Shown here: positions 1-12,184 of the stretch, one piece after another
Layout: every line of letters begins with the position of its first letter
Position numbering within the stretch: the stretch's first letter is position 1
Assembly: GCF_001447785.1 (NCBI RefSeq)
Contig: NW_015167062.1
Span: 271,734 to 335,733 of the forward strand
Reading direction: 5' to 3'
DNA: 64,000 bases
Source of the DNA: Gekko japonicus
Taxonomy: Eukaryota
Notes under the pieces: generated by a model
Database searches by the model: none
What the model was told of the DNA's origin: nothing
Seen by the model: the letters and a program-made list of their open reading frames with translations, nothing else
Made by a program: the position numbers and the translations under genes

Positions 1-149
1 ATCACAAATTGTGGCACGTTTATGGTTTGCAAAGGGATGTTCATGGAAGGGCACCCGGCACAAACATTTAATGAACTTTGGTGCTGTTCATGGCATTCAT
101 GGCAGTTTTTGAATAATTACATTTTCTAGTTTTCTGGATGACACTTCCA

Positions 150-1513
150 CACTGGACCCTTTCCAGTCCAGCTTCCACCCGGGCCACAGGACAGAGACAG
201 CACTGGTCACCCTCACAGATGACCTCCAGAGGCATATGGATCGGGGCGGGATGGTGCTGCTGCTGTTGTTGGACCTGTCAGCGGCGTTCAACATGGTCGA
301 TCATCAGCTACTCACCCACCGCCTCGCCAACGTGGGGATCCGGGGGCTTGCCTTGCAATGGCTTGTCTCCTTTCTCCAGGGCTGGGGACAAAGGGTGGCA
401 CTTGGGGAGAAGCTGTCCCAAAGGCACCCACTAATCTGTGGAGTGCCACAAGGGGCAGTACTCTCCCCGATGCTATTTAACACCTATATGCACCCCCTTG
501 CCCAGATTGCCCAGATGCATGGGCTTGGGTGTCATCAATATGCAGATGACACCCAGCTCTATCTGTTGTTGGGTGGTCAGTCGTGCTCTACCCTGGAAGA
601 TCTGGACTGGGCGCTGCAGGACGTGGAGGGCTGGCTGAGTGGCTCAGGGGTAGGGGTCCCACTACCGGCATTCGGTGAGGCGCCGTTGGTGCCAGCACGA
701 AGAATCAGGAGTTGGGGAGTGCTCCTGGATGCTTCCCTTACAATGGAGGCCCAGGTAGCAGCCACTGCCAAGATGGCTGATCAGGCAGTTGGTCCCCTTC
801 CTCGAACGCAATGATCTGGCTTCAGTGATCCACGCTATGGTCACCTTGAGGTTGGACTACTGTGATGCTCTCTACATCGGGCTGCCCTTGGGGCAACTCT
901 GGAAGCTGCAGCTGGTGCAGAATGCAGCAGCCAGGCTGTTGATGGCCTCCCCATGTGGGAGCACATCCAGCCTGTGCTAAAGTCGTTGCACTGGCTTCCA
1001 ATAGTGTTCCGGATTCACTTCAAGGTGCTGGTGTTGACCTTTAAAGCCCTTTATGGTCAGGGACCTGCTTACCTGAGGGACCGCCTTTCCCTGCATGTCC
1101 CCCAGAGAGCACTGCGATCCGGAACACAAAACCGCCTGGCCATCCCCGGCCCTAGGGACGCCAGGTTGGCAGTGACTAGGACCAGGACATTCTCCCTTGT
1201 GGTGCAGGCACTCTGGAATGAGCTCCCCAGTGAGATCAGAGCACTGCAGGACCTCCAACAATTACACAGGGCCGTGAAAATGGAGCTTTTCGCTGGGCAT
1301 TTCAGTAAGAATGCTCTCATTGGTTATGTTACATCTGCACTTTATATATGACACCGCCACTTTAAATGGTTTTAATTGTAAATGCTTGTATTTTATGGAG
1401 ATGTATTTTAGGTATGTATTTATGTTGATTTTAAAACTGTATGTAAGCCGCACTGAGCCGCTTCAACGGAAGGGTGGGATAGAAATCTAACTAATAAATA
1501 ATATATATATAAA
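150..1513 (+). mobile_element. L2-clade LINE, 5'-truncated and frameshifted: RT domain to 3' tail
   Basis: ORFs 236-814 and 953-1351 contain LLDLSAAFNMVDH, GVPQGAVLSPMLFN, YADDTQLY, LHWLPI..RI.FK. The 3' end gtaagccgcactgag...gggatagaaatctaa followed by a TAAA-like tail is typical of L2. Confidence 0.93.
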
Positions 1514-1597
1514 TAGACAGACTGTCTTCACTCAAACTGTTTACAAAACTTCAAGGCAACAGGGGGCAGCTGAGTTCTCCAGCCTTTGAAACTCCAA

Positions 1598-1783
1598 TAA
1601 AGGTAAAGGTAAAGGTTTCCCTTGCTCAAAAGCCAGTCAAATCTGACTCTAGGGTGCGGTGCTCATCTCCATTTCCAAGCCGAAGAGCCAGCGCTGTCCA
1701 AAGACATTTCTGTGCTCATGTGGCTGGCATGACCAGATGCCAAGGCACACAGAATGCTGTTACCTTCCCACCAAAGTGCTGCC
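1598..1783 (-). mobile_element. Sauria-type SINE, 3' part with (ACCTTT)n tail
   Basis: (AAAGGT)3 at 1599-1616 followed by gctcatctcc...ccaagccgaagagccagcgctgtcc...gtggctggcatgac, matching my recollection of the Sauria SINE body. Confidence 0.75.
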
Positions 1784-2221
1784 AATAACAGAGTTCCCGT
1801 TCTGCTTTATGGGATCATAATGCTCTCTGTGTGTGTATACACACACATACTCAGCTCAGTTCTGCAGCCTCATTTCTTTCAGCTGTCCACAGTTACGGAC
1901 AGAGGCAGAGAACTTCTTATAAGCAAACTAGCAAAGCACATTCCCTCATGAGTAGAAACTCCTCTTCCCTGCTGGAGATTTGGTGTTAGGTGGACTCAGG
2001 ATCTGAGCCACCTGTCTCTCTGCTCATGCCCAGCAGAAGGGCTTAGCTGTTTGGTTCCTCAGCTGAGGATCTACATTTTGACTGAGAACTCCTCTCCCCT
2101 GCTGGGGTTGGGGGGGGGATCTCAGGTGGACTCAGGGCTCTGAGCCACCCTGTCTCTCAGCTCACGCCAAGCAGGGGGGCTTAGCTACTAGATTCCTCAG
2201 CTGAGGACCCACATTTTATAT
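1784..2221 (-). mobile_element. Probable LTR with two internal ~130-bp direct repeats
   Basis: Repeats gaactcctc(t/c)..ccctgctgg...ttcctcagctgagga..cacatttt at ~1955-2080 and ~2085-2218. A purine tract (aggaggggtgaga on the minus strand, 2221-2233) abuts the element like a polypurine tract. Confidence 0.45.
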
Positions 2222-2885
2222 CTCACCCCTCCTAAATGTGAACCAATCCCTCTGTGCCATGAGGGTGAAAGTGCTCATTGTGGGAGGAAGAAGTCCTCTA
2301 CCCCCGTATCACAGGCTTCCATTCCCAGACACCACACCCATCCTGCCAGCCCACAGACACCCCCCCAAGTGGGGCATCAACATAGGTATCAGAGCCTGCT
2401 TTCCCTGATCTGTTCCTGGGCCTCTCCACAAAGGAGGAAGAGTGGTTAGCACTGCCCAAAGACCAGTAGTTGATAACACTCTTTGGAGAAGTTTCTGACA
2501 GTGATTCAAAAGGGGAGATGTACCCTCCCCTTCCACAACTCCCTGTTGTTGCTCCTGCCTCCAGTACAGCCCTCCAATGCCCCTCCATGTCCAGTGCCAG
2601 AAAGCAGTTGTCCCTCCTCCCACCATCTTAAGGCCTGGGGTGTCATTTTCAGCCCGCACGTTGGAAAAAATTCTGCTCCCTCCCCAGTGACCCCTGTGTA
2701 GTTGGGTGCCAGGTGTGCCACACCCATGTCCAGAGGGGCACAAACCCCCAACACTTGTCCTCCTCTGTCCTCTGCCAGCACCTGCAAAGGGTGCACCCCA
2801 GTATGTTGCCACCAGAGGAGAGAGTAGTGGCTCCCCCTCTCAGCAGGGAGAAGCAGAGGGGGAGCAGCAGCCCCCCCCAAGAAAG

Positions 2886-3863
2886 TACGGCCGGCCCGAG
2901 GTTGTCCTGCTCTCTAGGCGAGCGCAGATGCCAACCTCCCGGCGGGAGAGAAATAGGGGCGGGAGAGGGAGGAATGAAGTGCAGCTTTCCTCTCGGCCCT
3001 TGCGCACCAGTGTGATTTGTCCCACAGGAGCTATATCAGCAGCACCAGGCAGTGCTGCCGCAGGAACCACCCACAGGAGCATGCCTGGCAGAGCTGCAGG
3101 CGGGGGCGCCGCGGGGGCGCCTCCTCCAAGCCGGCCTCCAAGTAGCCGTTCTCGCAGGGCTTCGCCATCACGCTGCCGGCCACGAGGGGAAAGCGGAAGG
3201 GAAAGGGCAGTGAAGACGTCCGCGGTCTGCCTCAGCGAGTGGAGGGACGAAAGGAAGAGAAAGTTGGAGTGGTGCGCGCCAAACCAGAGCCCGCCGTGCA
3301 CCTTGTGCCTTGTACGCACAGCCGGCAAAAGCTGATGCAAGCCAAAAGCAGTCTGAGCTCAGCCCCGGACTATCCCCCTCCCCCCTGCCTCTGACGGTCT
3401 GCCAGGGCTAGAAGGTGGCGTGCTTCGTCAGGCTGCAGCTGGGACCAGGTTAGGGAGTCTGCAGGAGACCCGACTGCCCCCCTGTCACCCCCCTTCAAAA
3501 GCACGGCTGTGCGGAGGACCCTTAGTGGCCCTTAGCTGGCCGGCGGAGGATCAAACGAGGGGGAGGAGGAGGAGGCAGGGGCAGCCACTGGCCAGCAGCC
3601 GCCCCTGCCTCCACGGTGTAGCTGGCTCCACCTCTGCCCCCTAGCTTGCTCCTCCACCAGCCAGCTACAGCGCCATGCCCTGCCCATGCCACCACCGCCG
3701 CGTGTCCTCCTCCTGCAGCCGGCAGAGCTCCTCCCAGCCCCGGCGCTCCTCCCAGCTGCTGGCCAGGTGCGCTGGCAGCTGCCCCTGCCTCTCCTCCCAC
3801 ACCCTAACGGCCGGCTTGCACTCTAGGTGAAGGCCTAGTTTGCCTAGCGGCGAGACGGCCCTG
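2886..3863 (-). mobile_element. Non-autonomous hAT-type element with GC-rich cargo (same family as 21164-22256)
   Basis: Minus-strand 5' end cagggccgtctcgccgctaggcaaactaggccttcacctagag matches 21164 cagggctggcttgctcactaggtgaactagactttcacccagag. 3' end ctcgcctagagagcaggacaacctcgggccggcc aligns ungapped with ctcgcctagggtgcaaaataagctggggccggcc at 22220-22253. The last 3 nt and the TSD are not preserved. Confidence 0.75.
3031..3168 (-). pseudogene. SLC1A4: Captured N-terminal fragment resembling neutral amino acid transporter A (ASCT1)
   Basis: Manual translation from ATG 3168 (Kozak gtgATGg): MAKPCENGYLEAGLEEAPPRRPRLQLCQACSCGWFLRQHCLVLLI*. This resembles the human SLC1A4 start as I recall it, MEKSNETNGYLD...RCAGFLRRQALVLLTV. 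Similarity stops at the start of TM1. Confidence 0.6.
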
Positions 3864-4021
3864 GTGAGCTGCTGGCATTAAAGTTGTGAGCAAGTGATTT
3901 GGCTGCTGCATAAATTAGTTTGCTCTGGAGCCATCTTTCCTGAGCTAAGACAACAATGTGTGAGCCAGAGGCTAAAAACCTGTGAGCTAACTCACACCTA
4001 CTCAGCTTAGAGAGAACACTG
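3864..4021 (+). mobile_element. hAT MITE, right part (family of 42296-42501)
   Basis: gtgagctgctggcattaaagttgtgagc...ctcagcttagagagaacactg is near-identical to 42344-42501. Confidence 0.8.
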
Positions 4022-5339
4022 CTCCCTGTCATCAGATAGAAACAGAAAAGGAGCAGGAGGCCCCACCAAAAAAGGCTCCCCGTACTCAGGGTGCTGTGAG
4101 TGGTGGGACACCAAGGCAGGCCACCCTTGAAGAGGTCATTTCCAAGAAGGAGGCCCAGGAAGAGGTTCTCGCTTAGTCAGCAAGATGATTGCTGTGTATG
4201 GCCAACCCTTCTCCTTCATGGAGAATATGGCCTTTTGCTGACTGCTGCAACACCTGGCTTCCTGGTACTCTGTCCCCTTGCAGAGGACCATGAGCTGACA
4301 AGTCTTGCCTACCATGCACTGCTCCACTGTGGCGAAAACCATAGAGTTTTCACTCAGATTATTGTGGCCCCGCCCCCAACATGCCCAACATGATTGCGTC
4401 ACTTCCGGGCATGACACCGGGCATGTCGTGTGCCTTGGGGGGTGGGGTTCCCCCAGGGCCCGATCCGCCAGCGGCAGGTAACAGGCCTCTCGGGCGGGGG
4501 TTTCCCTGCTCCCCGGGGGGACTTGGCAAGCGTAGGGGTGGATGAGTTGGACTTCCTGAAGGTCAATCTCCCCTTGCTGGGCTACCCCTCCCTGGACTTC
4601 ATAGGGTAATATCCAGGCCTCCTGTTGTCCCCCTGCATACCTCTCCATTCCTCCTCCTCTTTGGGTGATCTGGCATGAGGCCTGGGGGTTGCGTCTTGGA
4701 ACTTGGGTGGGACAATGGCTGCCTCTGCTGGGTGGGGGTGGGCTCCCTCACCTAACACAACACCTACCTCATGATCACTTTAAATGGAAAACTCTCATTT
4801 CTACTGGTCTGGTGGGGCTGGGGTACCCTGCCTGCCAAACTATCATGGGGTTACTTTGGGGAGCCCCTGTCCTGTCACATGTCTGCCTGTCACAGCTTTC
4901 TTTTGTTGTACCACAAATCACTTTAAATGAAAAACTGATTTCCATTGGTCTCGTGGGGCTAGGGTGCTTGCTAAGCTGTTGTGGCATAACTTTGGGGAGC
5001 TGCTATGGAAACTCTGGGGATGTCTGCCTTTCTGTCCTTTAGAACCTGCAGGCATTGGGGGGATGCTTGCCTTGCTTCTGGTGTCTGGCTGGGGGTCTGC
5101 CCAGGTGAAGTTTCCCTGTGAGTTTGGTGTCATTGTCCTCTTCCTGAGCGAATCCATAGACTCCTGTAACTGCAGCTATCTCTTCCAGAAAGAGCGCTGG
5201 TGAGACCTTGGGGGAGGGGTCCGTAACCCCACATATGTAATCCACCTTCAATTTGGAGAGGCTGTAGAGGAGCAGGCGGAAGGGCTAGGTCCCCTGTGTG
5301 TTTGGTATGTGTAGCTTGCAGGTTGCCCATTCTATACAT

Positions 5340-5977
5340 TGTCAGGATCAGCCAGGCTCTGCCAACCCTGGGGAGGCAGAGGACTATGGGGAAGAGGAAC
5401 AGGCAGGCGAAGGAAGTCCCATCTCACAGTCAGTTACTGACAACCTGCTACAGGAAGCTACTGCTACCCAGCCAAGTGGCAGTTCTGACAGTAGCATCCC
5501 AGCTGCTCAGGCCCAGGGCTCAGAGCCAGGTAGCACCCCACCAACCACCTCGCCTCCCTCGTCTCCAGAACCACTGGAACATAGGTGAAGGAGGGTCTGT
5601 CATGAAATGCTGGAGAGAAGACAGAGTTCACAATTAGCAGCCCAGAGACACCTTGGTCTAGATAGTAAGGAGGAAAGCACACACACCTTCATAATGCAAC
5701 CCAGCTGTGTGACAGGCCTCTCTTCTATAAACAGCAGAGACAGGCTGTGAAAGCAATGCATTCAGATTACCCCCAACCTTGGCACCACTGATTCTGCTTT
5801 GTGACTTTGACTCTTGGACCTTGTCTTTTGGATCTGCTCAGAACTGGCTCTTATTGCTACTCAATGTATGACTCAGGAACTGGACTCTGACCATCCTGTA
5901 CCGGTTTGTGCCTTCACCTCACCTAGCTTGCACCCTAACTATGTGATCCCGCCCCACACCCAGTCTGTTCCAGGACA
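5340..5977 (+). mobile_element. Solo LTR
   Basis: TGTC...GACA inverted ends, 5-bp TSD TACAT/TACAC, and a TATAAA box at ~5726. Confidence 0.7.
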
Positions 5978-6388
5978 TACACTTTTGAACCTGTGCCTGA
6001 CATTTCCCCCAAAAGCACTTTCCTGGCTTGACTTTAGTCCTGTTTGACTTGCAGTGCCACAGTGACTATGGTTCCCCAAAGAAAATGCCCCCAACCTTCA
6101 GTTTCTACTGAGAAATTTTCTTGTATGTAATGGAGGATGGGGCACTTTCTTTGAGGGTCATAGACACTGTAAATCCAATCCTCGCCAAACACGGAGGGCC
6201 AGTAGAGGAGTGTCTGCCAGAGATCCCCTAAGAGTTTGGTGTTTCTAGCACACCAGCTAAGTCACAAATTTCATGAACCAAACCAGTTCATCTAGCATCA
6301 AAAAGTTTGTAATGGTACATGGCTTGTGAACTGCACACACCATGAACTATGAACTGCACATCCTTTTCCTAGTTCATGCCCATCCCTA
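5978..6388. mobile_element. Right part of a degenerate hAT MITE (TAGGGATGGGCA TIR family)
   Basis: Ends with gttcatgcccatcccta. The same TIR occurs at 7880, 15147, 19509/20612, 31601 and 47180/47906. Confidence 0.6.
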
Positions 6389-6999
6389 ATCTCCTCCCAA
6401 GCTTCATCTGTCTGAGTTTACCAAAGTACTTGGCACTGTTGTCTTTATCCTGCATTCTAGCTTATTTTAGCAGACACTGAAGACATTTGTATAAAGCATC
6501 TGCATGAGAGCATCATTAGGAACTTCATGGACTTCAATGCAGAGTTAGAGGAATGTTTGTGGGTAGCACTTTTAGTGTTCTGCCTCTCTGCATCCCAGGC
6601 TCACATTGCCAGATATTGATGCTCTATTATCTCTATGATGCTCTAAATAATGTGGTTATTGATAAAGGCTCAGCCATCATTTCCTAATGTTTGCTCCCTA
6701 ATTATTGCAGTAGCACTTACCACAGTTAATACAAATAGACACATTTAAAACCCTCTTAACAGTTCCTAGTATGACTGGAAAATATTCCAAATAAGGATCA
6801 GTGTGCTAACTTGGTAGGCAGGTGGGTAGGAACTGTTGTTGGGGCAAAGTCTGGGAGAACTGCTCCATAATAGGGCGATCTTCAGGAGGTTAATACCCTT
6901 CTAAATCTTTTAATGCCAATTCTGCTTAGGATTGCACTGTAAGTGTTCAGCACTCCATATCCATTTGGACAGTAGGGCCATTTTGACTTACCTGGCTGT

Positions 7000-7780
7000 C
7001 TAGCATGACCCTGAAATACACTTGAAAACGAGAAGCTTTGAAAGCAACACATAAATATATGTGTAGATATATTTATACAGTACATAATAAACCTCTCATT
7101 TGATCGCTGCTGCCTCATTTGGTGTGCAGATGTATTTGCATTTTAATTTGTATACCTTCGAGCCTGCAGAGACCTTGACTTGTGTAAATTTGGGGGGGAC
7201 ACAAATACAGCCCCTTAGGTACGATGCTCCCTTTGCTGAAGAACTGCTGAAAATTTGGACACAAAGCAAAAGCCCATTTTATCTTGTTATGTAACAAAGC
7301 CAAATTGTTTATCCTCCTGAGCCTTTTGAGAGTTGGAAACGCTGACAGGATAAAACCACCATAAAGTGAATGCTTCATAATTAAAACCAGCTTCTTCCAA
7401 GTACCCATGACACTGCTCATGTTGGCAGCCTAATATCTAAGAGGCTATAATTAAGACAACAGTCTTTTTGTTGAGCTCCTCCTCCCCCTTCTACTAATGA
7501 TTTTTTGTCAAGTGACTTGTTTATAATCAGGCCAGCTCCTGCACACAGTTCGACAGGAGACCTGGCATCCTTGATGGCTTTATGAGACGGTAACGATGAT
7601 AAAACATCATCCACAGTTCCTTTAACAATGACTTGTGGGATGATTCCTCCAATCAGCTTTCTTCTCTGATTCATTCTTCTGGTTGCACTTTGAATCACAG
7701 CAAAGGATGAGCAATTAATCTGTCATTCCCAAAGGGATGAAAATATTTAACATTCAAGGCCATTAAGGAGGAAGTCTAGC
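7000..7780. promoter_or_regulatory. Candidate conserved non-coding element (enhancer-like)
   Basis: Non-repetitive block with many TAAT/ATTA, TTTAT and TGAC motifs (e.g. cataattaaa, ctataattaa, caattaatctgtca) and no recognisable TE or ORF. Confidence 0.4.
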
Positions 7781-7879
7781 GGATATGAAGAGACTCCACT
7801 CTAGCTATATCTACCTACTCCAAAGTTTCCTCAGTGATGAAAAAAACTATAGCTATAGGGAAGCTGAATGCAACCATGG

Positions 7880-8195
7880 ATAGTGATGAGCATGAACCGG
7901 CTCACAAACTAAAGTTTGTGACCAATTTTGGGCGGTTCATGGTTCGAGAAGTCAAGTTTGTGGCAGGTCACCCAGCACAAACTTTCAAGCTTTTTGTGCT
8001 GGTTCATGAGCAGATACATTTCCAGACAGACTCTCTCCACTCAGTCAAAATGTTTACATAACTTCAAAGCAACAACTTGGAGGGCATGCAGAGGAGCATC
8101 TGGGGGAGGTCCCCTGTGAGTTTGATGTCTCTAGCTTGCACAGGATCCATTCTATACACTCCCGGTTCAGTTCATGGTTTGGTTCGTGGTTCAGA
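7880..8195 (+). mobile_element. hAT MITE fragment (TAGGGATG family)
   Basis: Left TIR tagtgatgagcatgaacc and repeated ggttc(a/g)tgg subterminal motifs. Confidence 0.55.
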
Positions 8196-8629
8196 AAACA
8201 AACAAGCACTGTATAAATAATGCAGACCATGGAGTGCACAAAGGTCATGCAAAGGAAAATTATATTATAACAAAAACAAAACTAGCAAAAATAACAAGGG
8301 ACCACATATATCAGTAAAGCAAGATTACATCATAAAATGTGCAAGTCCATAAATAGTATACATAAGTAGTTTACAAAGACTCCGGATTTTGATCTTCGTT
8401 TCGAGGGTTCTTCTTCAAAGAGTTCAAACTACTTCATAAAGTACTGAGAATGTACAGAAGACTTCAATCATATATATGTAGGAAAAATCTTTCACCCAGC
8501 ACTCATAAAGCACAGAAGCCTTCAGACTAGTATTACAAGAAAAATTCAGTACTAATACTAATATAAAGCCGGGAATCCGATCGATAGTGGAACATGTTCT
8601 CAAATAGTCAGTAAGCCTCCATAGTAGTG

Positions 8630-8790
8630 ATAGCCAGTATAGTGTAGTGGTTAGAGTGTCAGACTGGGAGCCCCAAGTTCAAATTCTCACACTTCCATGG
8701 AAGCCTGATGGATGACCTTTGGCCAGTCACACACTCTCAGCCTCACCTACCTCACAGAGTTGTTGTGATGAGAATGCTATAAGCTTACCA
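8630..8790 (+). mobile_element. tRNA-derived SINE (old Squam3/MIR-like copy)
   Basis: agccagtatagtgtagtggttagagtg (A box), agttcaaattc (B box), cagcctcacctacctcacag core. Confidence 0.7.
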
Positions 8791-10196
8791 GGGATGGGTG
8801 ACAAAAAACAGGAACAGTCCCTGCATAACAGAGACAGTTGGAGTTAGTGTTATTATGGGAAAGTGAATTTCTTTTTCTGAAATGCACTTTTTTAGATATA
8901 ACTATTGATTTCTCTCTTTTTTCTCTTTGAAAAGGGGGATTTCTCTTTAATTTTTCTTCTATTTATCTTTGTAGAGATTTCTCTTTGTAGAGAAATCAAT
9001 GCACCCTTTTGTAACTTCAGTCCTTGCAGTTGTTTTATGATACACACCACAGGCTGGTACTTCCAGCAGGAGCATACGAAAGTTTGGGGAGACTTTGCTT
9101 GCCTCTGAACATCTACAGAATGAAATTCTGAAATGTTGCAGAACCTCCTTTCCCGCCCCTCTCATCTTTAAATTTCTTTTAGATCAATATGGAATTGATT
9201 AGAAACTGACTCCAGGGAGAAACTCAGTAAAGAGGAATTAAGAGAATTTCGCTTAACAGCCTGAGTTCGAGTATATGCTGATAGAAACAAAAAGCATGGC
9301 ATAAATAAAGGCTGATTTCTCAGAAAGGACATGCAAAAACAAAATGGGGATGCTTGTACCATATAATAGGTTTGGGAAATTTGGTCTCCTACCTTACTTG
9401 ATACTTCCAGTGACATTTGCACGAATCTTCAGGACTTTCTTTGGCATAAACTCCTGCCACCTTTGAATGCTGGCCATGCAACTTTCTGCCAAAATACATT
9501 TACTGAGTTATTCTATGCAAACCTTAATCAGTGTAGATGCAAATATCAAATTGTCTCTTCCAAGAGTATATTTCCAGCTCCTGATTGGTCAATCGTTTTA
9601 CTTTCCCATTGAGGTTGTATAAACGATGAACTAAATATAAGCTGAAACACATATGCCTAGCAATTTCCTTATCCATTTATTATAATGAGCATGAATGGAT
9701 AATGCCATCACTCAGATCTTGTCAGCAAATTCTCTTGGCCATTGAACAGACAAAATGGTCAAGTGCAACAGAAAGAGATTCTAGCTGGGACCTAAAGATA
9801 GTTCAGTTTATTATTGTACTGTACCATCTTTAGCACCAGGAGTGTGACTGGTGATGTATAAAGTGAAATTTTCATTGCTAGAGAATTTGCAACTCCCTAT
9901 GTCACAGGAACGAACAGGCTTGACATTGGCATATAAACAGTGTTAGGCTTGTCCGACTTCCAAGAGTGATGAGAAATTACAGGGCAAGTTTACCTAGGCT
10001 AGTTCCCTTTAAATCAGAGAACACTGGGGACACTTCTTTATATTTTATTGATTATTTATGAATGACTAGTGTCTGATTTTATTATTCTATATATTATGTA
10101 TTTTTATATTCAATTACTGTTTCATTGTTGCAATCCACCCTGAGCCTTCAGGAAAGGGTGGAACAGAAATCTAATGAATAAAATTAAATAAAAATT

Positions 10197-10335
10197 AGGA
10201 AAAGGCCTCAGTCTCTATGCTCTGGTGTTGGACCTCCAGAGGAACTGGTTGGCCACTGTGTGATACAGAATGCTGGAGCAGATGGACCCACGGGTCTGAT
10301 CCAGCAGGGCTCTTCTTATGTTCTTGTGACTTATG
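10197..10335 (+). mobile_element. CR1 LINE 3' end
   Basis: ...gtctgatccagcagggctcttcttatgttctt, the squamate CR1 (TTCTTATG)n-type terminus. Confidence 0.7.
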
Positions 10336-11544
10336 GCATTTTGGTAGTTTCTGCTTTATGTACAAATAGGGATGCTCAGACACCTGCTAGTTCCATTCAC
10401 AACCTGTTTGTCATTTCCAATCAGGGAGCTGATGAAGTGGCAGCCTGTTTGTTTGTTCATAGTCTGTTCATACATTTGGCACCAACAAGCTAGTTGCTGT
10501 GGAAGGTGTGAAGCTGACTCCCAGTTAATTCCCCATCTGTGAGTCAGCATTTGACCTCTTGCTGGCGAAACTTCAGCCCGGGGAACTGCAACCCAGGGAA
10601 GTTGCAGGAGTGGGGTGGGGCGGGGCAGAAGCTGACTCACAGCTGATTGCAATGATCAGATTAAAGTTGGAATCTGATGCCCAAACCCTGGAAACTTAGC
10701 TGCCTACCAGCCTGCTACTGAAACACAGCAAAGCGTTCTTTTGAGCGAATTCACAGCTGATTAGGCTCAGGAGTCTGCTTCTGATCCCTCCACCAAAAAT
10801 ATAGCTGTGTTTGAAGAAGTCTGGGAGAAAGCAAAATTAAAGATCTGAAACCTCTCTTCTCTAACTTTGTTGTATTCCAGTCTTCCCTTGAAGTAGCAAT
10901 TGGGGGGGGGGTGGATCACTCCCGCCTAATCCCCTGATCAAGTGGGAGATGACTTCTTATTCTACACCCCCAAAAACCCCCACCCAATGCTTTTTTGCAA
11001 CCCAGCTACAGTGGGAGGCAGCCAACTATCTGGCGCTCAGAGATCAGAATCCATCTCTTAACTGATCAGTGGATCAACTGGCAGTTGGCTGTTAATTTCC
11101 CCATCCATAAAAACCACTGCTGTCACCTAGCTGGTCTAGGGCCTACCTGAGTTTCCTAGGAGGGGGACTGAAAGCTCTGAACAACCCTGCTGGGCAGCTA
11201 GTAATGTGGTGTTTGATTGTTTGTTTGTTTGTTTGGGTTTTTTGTCCCTGAGCTGAACTAAATCTGTGTTCAGCCCACAATCTGACTGTATTCAAAACAG
11301 TATTTTATTGTAACTAGAATTTTGTAACTGGAATTTTATTGTAACTGAATCTGTGATGTTACCTGCTCTGAGCCCGCATGTGGGGAGGGTGGGATATAAA
11401 TGTGATAGATAAATAAATAAATAAATAAACAGTATATTCAGCTGTTGAACCAGTTCACTGTGGAATCTGAAGTACTGCTATGTACAAATATACAGCTAAA
11501 ACACTGGTGGAAACAGAGGCACCCTTACAAGACAGCAAACTTGC

Positions 11545-11550
<6 letters not shown>

Positions 11551-11602
<52 letters not shown>
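11551..11602. repeat. (AG)n microsatellite
   Basis: Seen directly. Confidence 0.98.
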
Positions 11603-11606
<4 letters not shown>

Positions 11607-11769
11607 TGTACCCACAAGGGATGTTATCAAACACACAGTAGTGTCTGTTGGCCCCTTTCTTTCTGTCTCTGTCTCTCTCTCTCTCTCTTACGGAATGTAA
11701 ACTATGTTGGTTTTTCCCCCCACAGAAACACATCCACTCCCAGCTTTCATCATGTAAAAGGGAATCACC

Positions 11770-12170
11770 TCCTCCAAGCTGTAATGGATGCTTGCACATA
11801 GCAATTTCTTAACTATGAAGGCTATTGAGGAGATACCTATGGTCACTGAGCAGCACAACCATTCTTTGCTCATAGGATCTGATTTCCCTGTGGCGTGCCA
11901 CTTTAGCCCAGTCCATAGGGGAGAACCATTCAATGTAAATTCACAGCAGTACTTTAAATCATATGAAGACGAATCAAGTGGACTCACAAGAGAAGTGCAC
12001 CTAAGATTGATTAGGAAAAGGCTACTTAAAAAATAGGTCTTGAGAACAAACGTAAAGGAATATGGGGAAATGGTTTCATGAACGTACGGAGTATCAGGCC
12101 AAGTAGGCAAAATGAACAGGTGAAATGGTGACACTGTTCTAAGATCATAGCACTTTAGATTTTTATTTGT
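11770..12170 (-). mobile_element. Degenerate RTEX-like LINE 3' fragment
   Basis: Minus ORF KYCCEFTLNGSPLW...WLCC...SIAFIVKKLLC resembles the C-terminal motif of the copies at 55860 and 62620. Confidence 0.4.
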
Positions 12171-12184
12171 ATTATTATACTTAC

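Noticed and set aside
236-814. Functional reverse transcriptase gene
   Set aside because: 5'-truncated and frameshifted, with internal deletions relative to the L2 copy at 16244-17672.
2706-3335. 209-aa plus-strand ORF as a CDS
   Set aside because: Low-complexity GC-rich frame that crosses a TE boundary and is antisense to the SLC1A4-like fragment.
4136-4648. Gag zinc knuckle (CWACWGRGH)
   Set aside because: Incomplete CCHC spacing, and the motif falls in MITE-like sequence.
5298-5588. Acidic/Ser-Pro ORF as a gene exon
   Set aside because: Mostly within a solo LTR delimited by TG..CA and a TSD.
8860-9620. Host coding exons on either strand
   Set aside because: Splice-like sites and short open frames exist, but no translation was recognisable.
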